This document shows, piece after piece, positions 62,431-64,000 of a stretch of 64,000 nt of DNA. Under the pieces are notes generated by a model. The model searched no databases, was not told where the DNA came from, and saw only the letters and a program-made list of their open reading frames with translations. The stretch comes from the human T2T-CHM13v2.0 reference genome, Homo sapiens. The translations under genes were made by a program, and so were the position numbers. Numbering within the stretch: position 1 is the stretch's first letter; every line of letters starts with the position of its first letter. The stretch is taken from the NCBI RefSeq assembly GCF_009914755.1, contig NC_060931.1; one strand, 5' to 3'.

Positions 62431-63775
62431 TGATATTATTATTATAGTAAATATCACATTGAACAATTTTTATCTAAAACTAATGTCAGAATGTCCATTT
62501 CTTGATATAAAAATAAAAAAGTTTGCTTTTCATTTTTATCTTTCTGTAGAGATGTTGCTTTCTCATTGACACAGAAATCAAGACTGTTCAGATGATGTTA
62601 ATAAAACAGCACATCAATATAATTTTTGAAGGAGATTTATAAAAATGTACATTTTAATTGTCATTAAATCTTAATACTTATTGAGCACCAAGGATGTGAT
62701 GAGAAGTAGCCTGCTAGGTCTAATGACACTACTTAGCTGTTTGAATAACTAAATAGCACATTTCTATTTAGAGACCATATAAGTATTATAGGTATTCTTG
62801 GTGATGTTATAAAGTTCTTCAAAGAAAATATGTATTTATATCTGGCTTTATATATTGGGGCAAAAATAGCAATAACACTTTCAAAATAGTGACGGAAAAA
62901 CGAGTCACAATAAATACGTTGGATTCTGAAGATAAAGGAGTATATAATTCTCAGAGTTACAACATCTGTCTATAAAAATAGTGCAATTGGGATATACTAT
63001 TTTAGTAAGAAACTCATTAAGTGTAATTTTAAAAGCTGCTGCTTTTTTCTTAAGTTTGACATTCCAGTAAACTCTTAGGAAAATGTCCTTCCAGTTGCTT
63101 TTCCTCTAAGTGTCTAGAAGTGGAAGTACATTAAAATTAAAAGCAGAAAGTCCCTTAAATTCCTTTTAAGAAGTCCATCCTGTTAGTCTGACTCCTAGAA
63201 AGGCTATGGTTGCTATTACTTTGGGCTGGAACAAGATTACAAAAGACCTCAAGAAGAAGTGGAAATTATCATGGGAGTTTTCTGTCACTCTTATAGTTTA
63301 TGGCCTTTTTGTTCTTTTTTTAGTCCATTAAACATTTCTTTTTGCCAAGAGGTCCTATCTGTAAAAGGAAGTCTTTGATAATGATAGTTTAAAATGCTAT
63401 GTAATGAGATACTTATATGCAAAAATCCAAAAAAGCTTTTTTATTTCTATAATAATGATAATAGCAAACAAATTATAGTGAACAGTAAACAATAAGCTAA
63501 TTATAATTATGTGAATTGCTTTCTCCCTCACTGATTCCTTCTATACCTATTATTTTATTTCTCTGTTCACAATATTCCTGTGCTATAAGGGAGACTGCTA
63601 AATTTGCTCTTTTTTAGATGAAGACTTAGAGACCTGTAAGGTTGATATGACTGCCTCAAAGACACATGGTCGCGCTGTGGCTGAGTCGACACTCAAGGCC
63701 AGTTCTCTGTGTTTCTTTTTCAGTGTGACTTGATATAGCTTGTATCTTAAACACTGCATTTTTCTTATGTTCTAG

Positions 63776-63896
63776 GTTTCTCCTCTGCCAACCCCTCCTG
63801 GACCATTGTCAGCAGTTGAACGACAAAGGCTGTGAATCTGCATCCTAGTCTTAGCAGTCCCTCTGATTCTCATGATGAGCTCACCTGCACAGCCTG
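63776..63896 (+). other. HDAC9: 121-bp internal exon (5'UTR plus start codon) of the long HDAC9 isoform
   Basis: Pyrimidine tract and acceptor ttttcttatgttctAG ending at 63775; donor CTG/gtcagt at 63897; unique sequence encoding MMSSPAQP, recalled as the HDAC9 extended N-terminus (MMSSPAQPDLMWNLV...). Confidence 0.88.
63872..63896 (+). CDS. HDAC9: Histone deacetylase 9, first 25 coding nt (MMSSPAQP plus 1 nt, phase-1 intron follows)
   Basis: ATG ATG AGC TCA CCT GCA CAG CCT G|gt. An in-frame upstream TGA at 63833-63835 supports this as the start. The split G fits the recalled next residue, Asp. Confidence 0.85.
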
Positions 63897-64000
63897 GTCA
63901 GTCTGGTTGCTTCTTAAACTGTTAATAGACTTCATGTGAAAGATGTTGCTTTGTGTTGTTTCAAACCAAGTAATTTAATTTATGAAGGAACTTTTTTTTT

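Overview
Primate (almost certainly human) AT-rich, repeat-dense intronic DNA. The only host exon I can support is at 63776-63896 (+). It has an AG acceptor, a GT donor and a start encoding MMSSPAQP, which from memory is the N-terminus of the long 5'-extended HDAC9 isoform (7p21). The window is therefore most likely the large upstream HDAC9 intron plus its first coding exon. A palindromic MER53 at ~28.7 kb carries an exact match, on the minus strand, to mature miR-1302 as I recall it (MIR1302-6), which independently fits this locus. The rest is Alus (J/S/Y, FRAM), old L1M/L2/MIR fragments, a 3-kb 5'-truncated antisense L1PA2-like element, LTRs (THE1, MLT1, MER51, LTR16/33-like), DNA-transposon fossils (MER6A, MER2, MER63, MER20, MER58, Tigger4a, MER5) and microsatellites. 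The L1PA2-like element supplies the only long ORF (730 aa of ORF2p). I found no credible new multi-gene system. The most unusual structures are a ~400-bp array of a 35-bp self-complementary hairpin unit (6761-7164), a 19+1+19 perfect palindrome (18193-18231), a cluster of 5 transversions in the young L1, and an ancient ~150-bp local duplication that predates an L1M insertion. Gene and repeat family names are recognition from memory, not database searches, and boundaries of old repeats are approximate.
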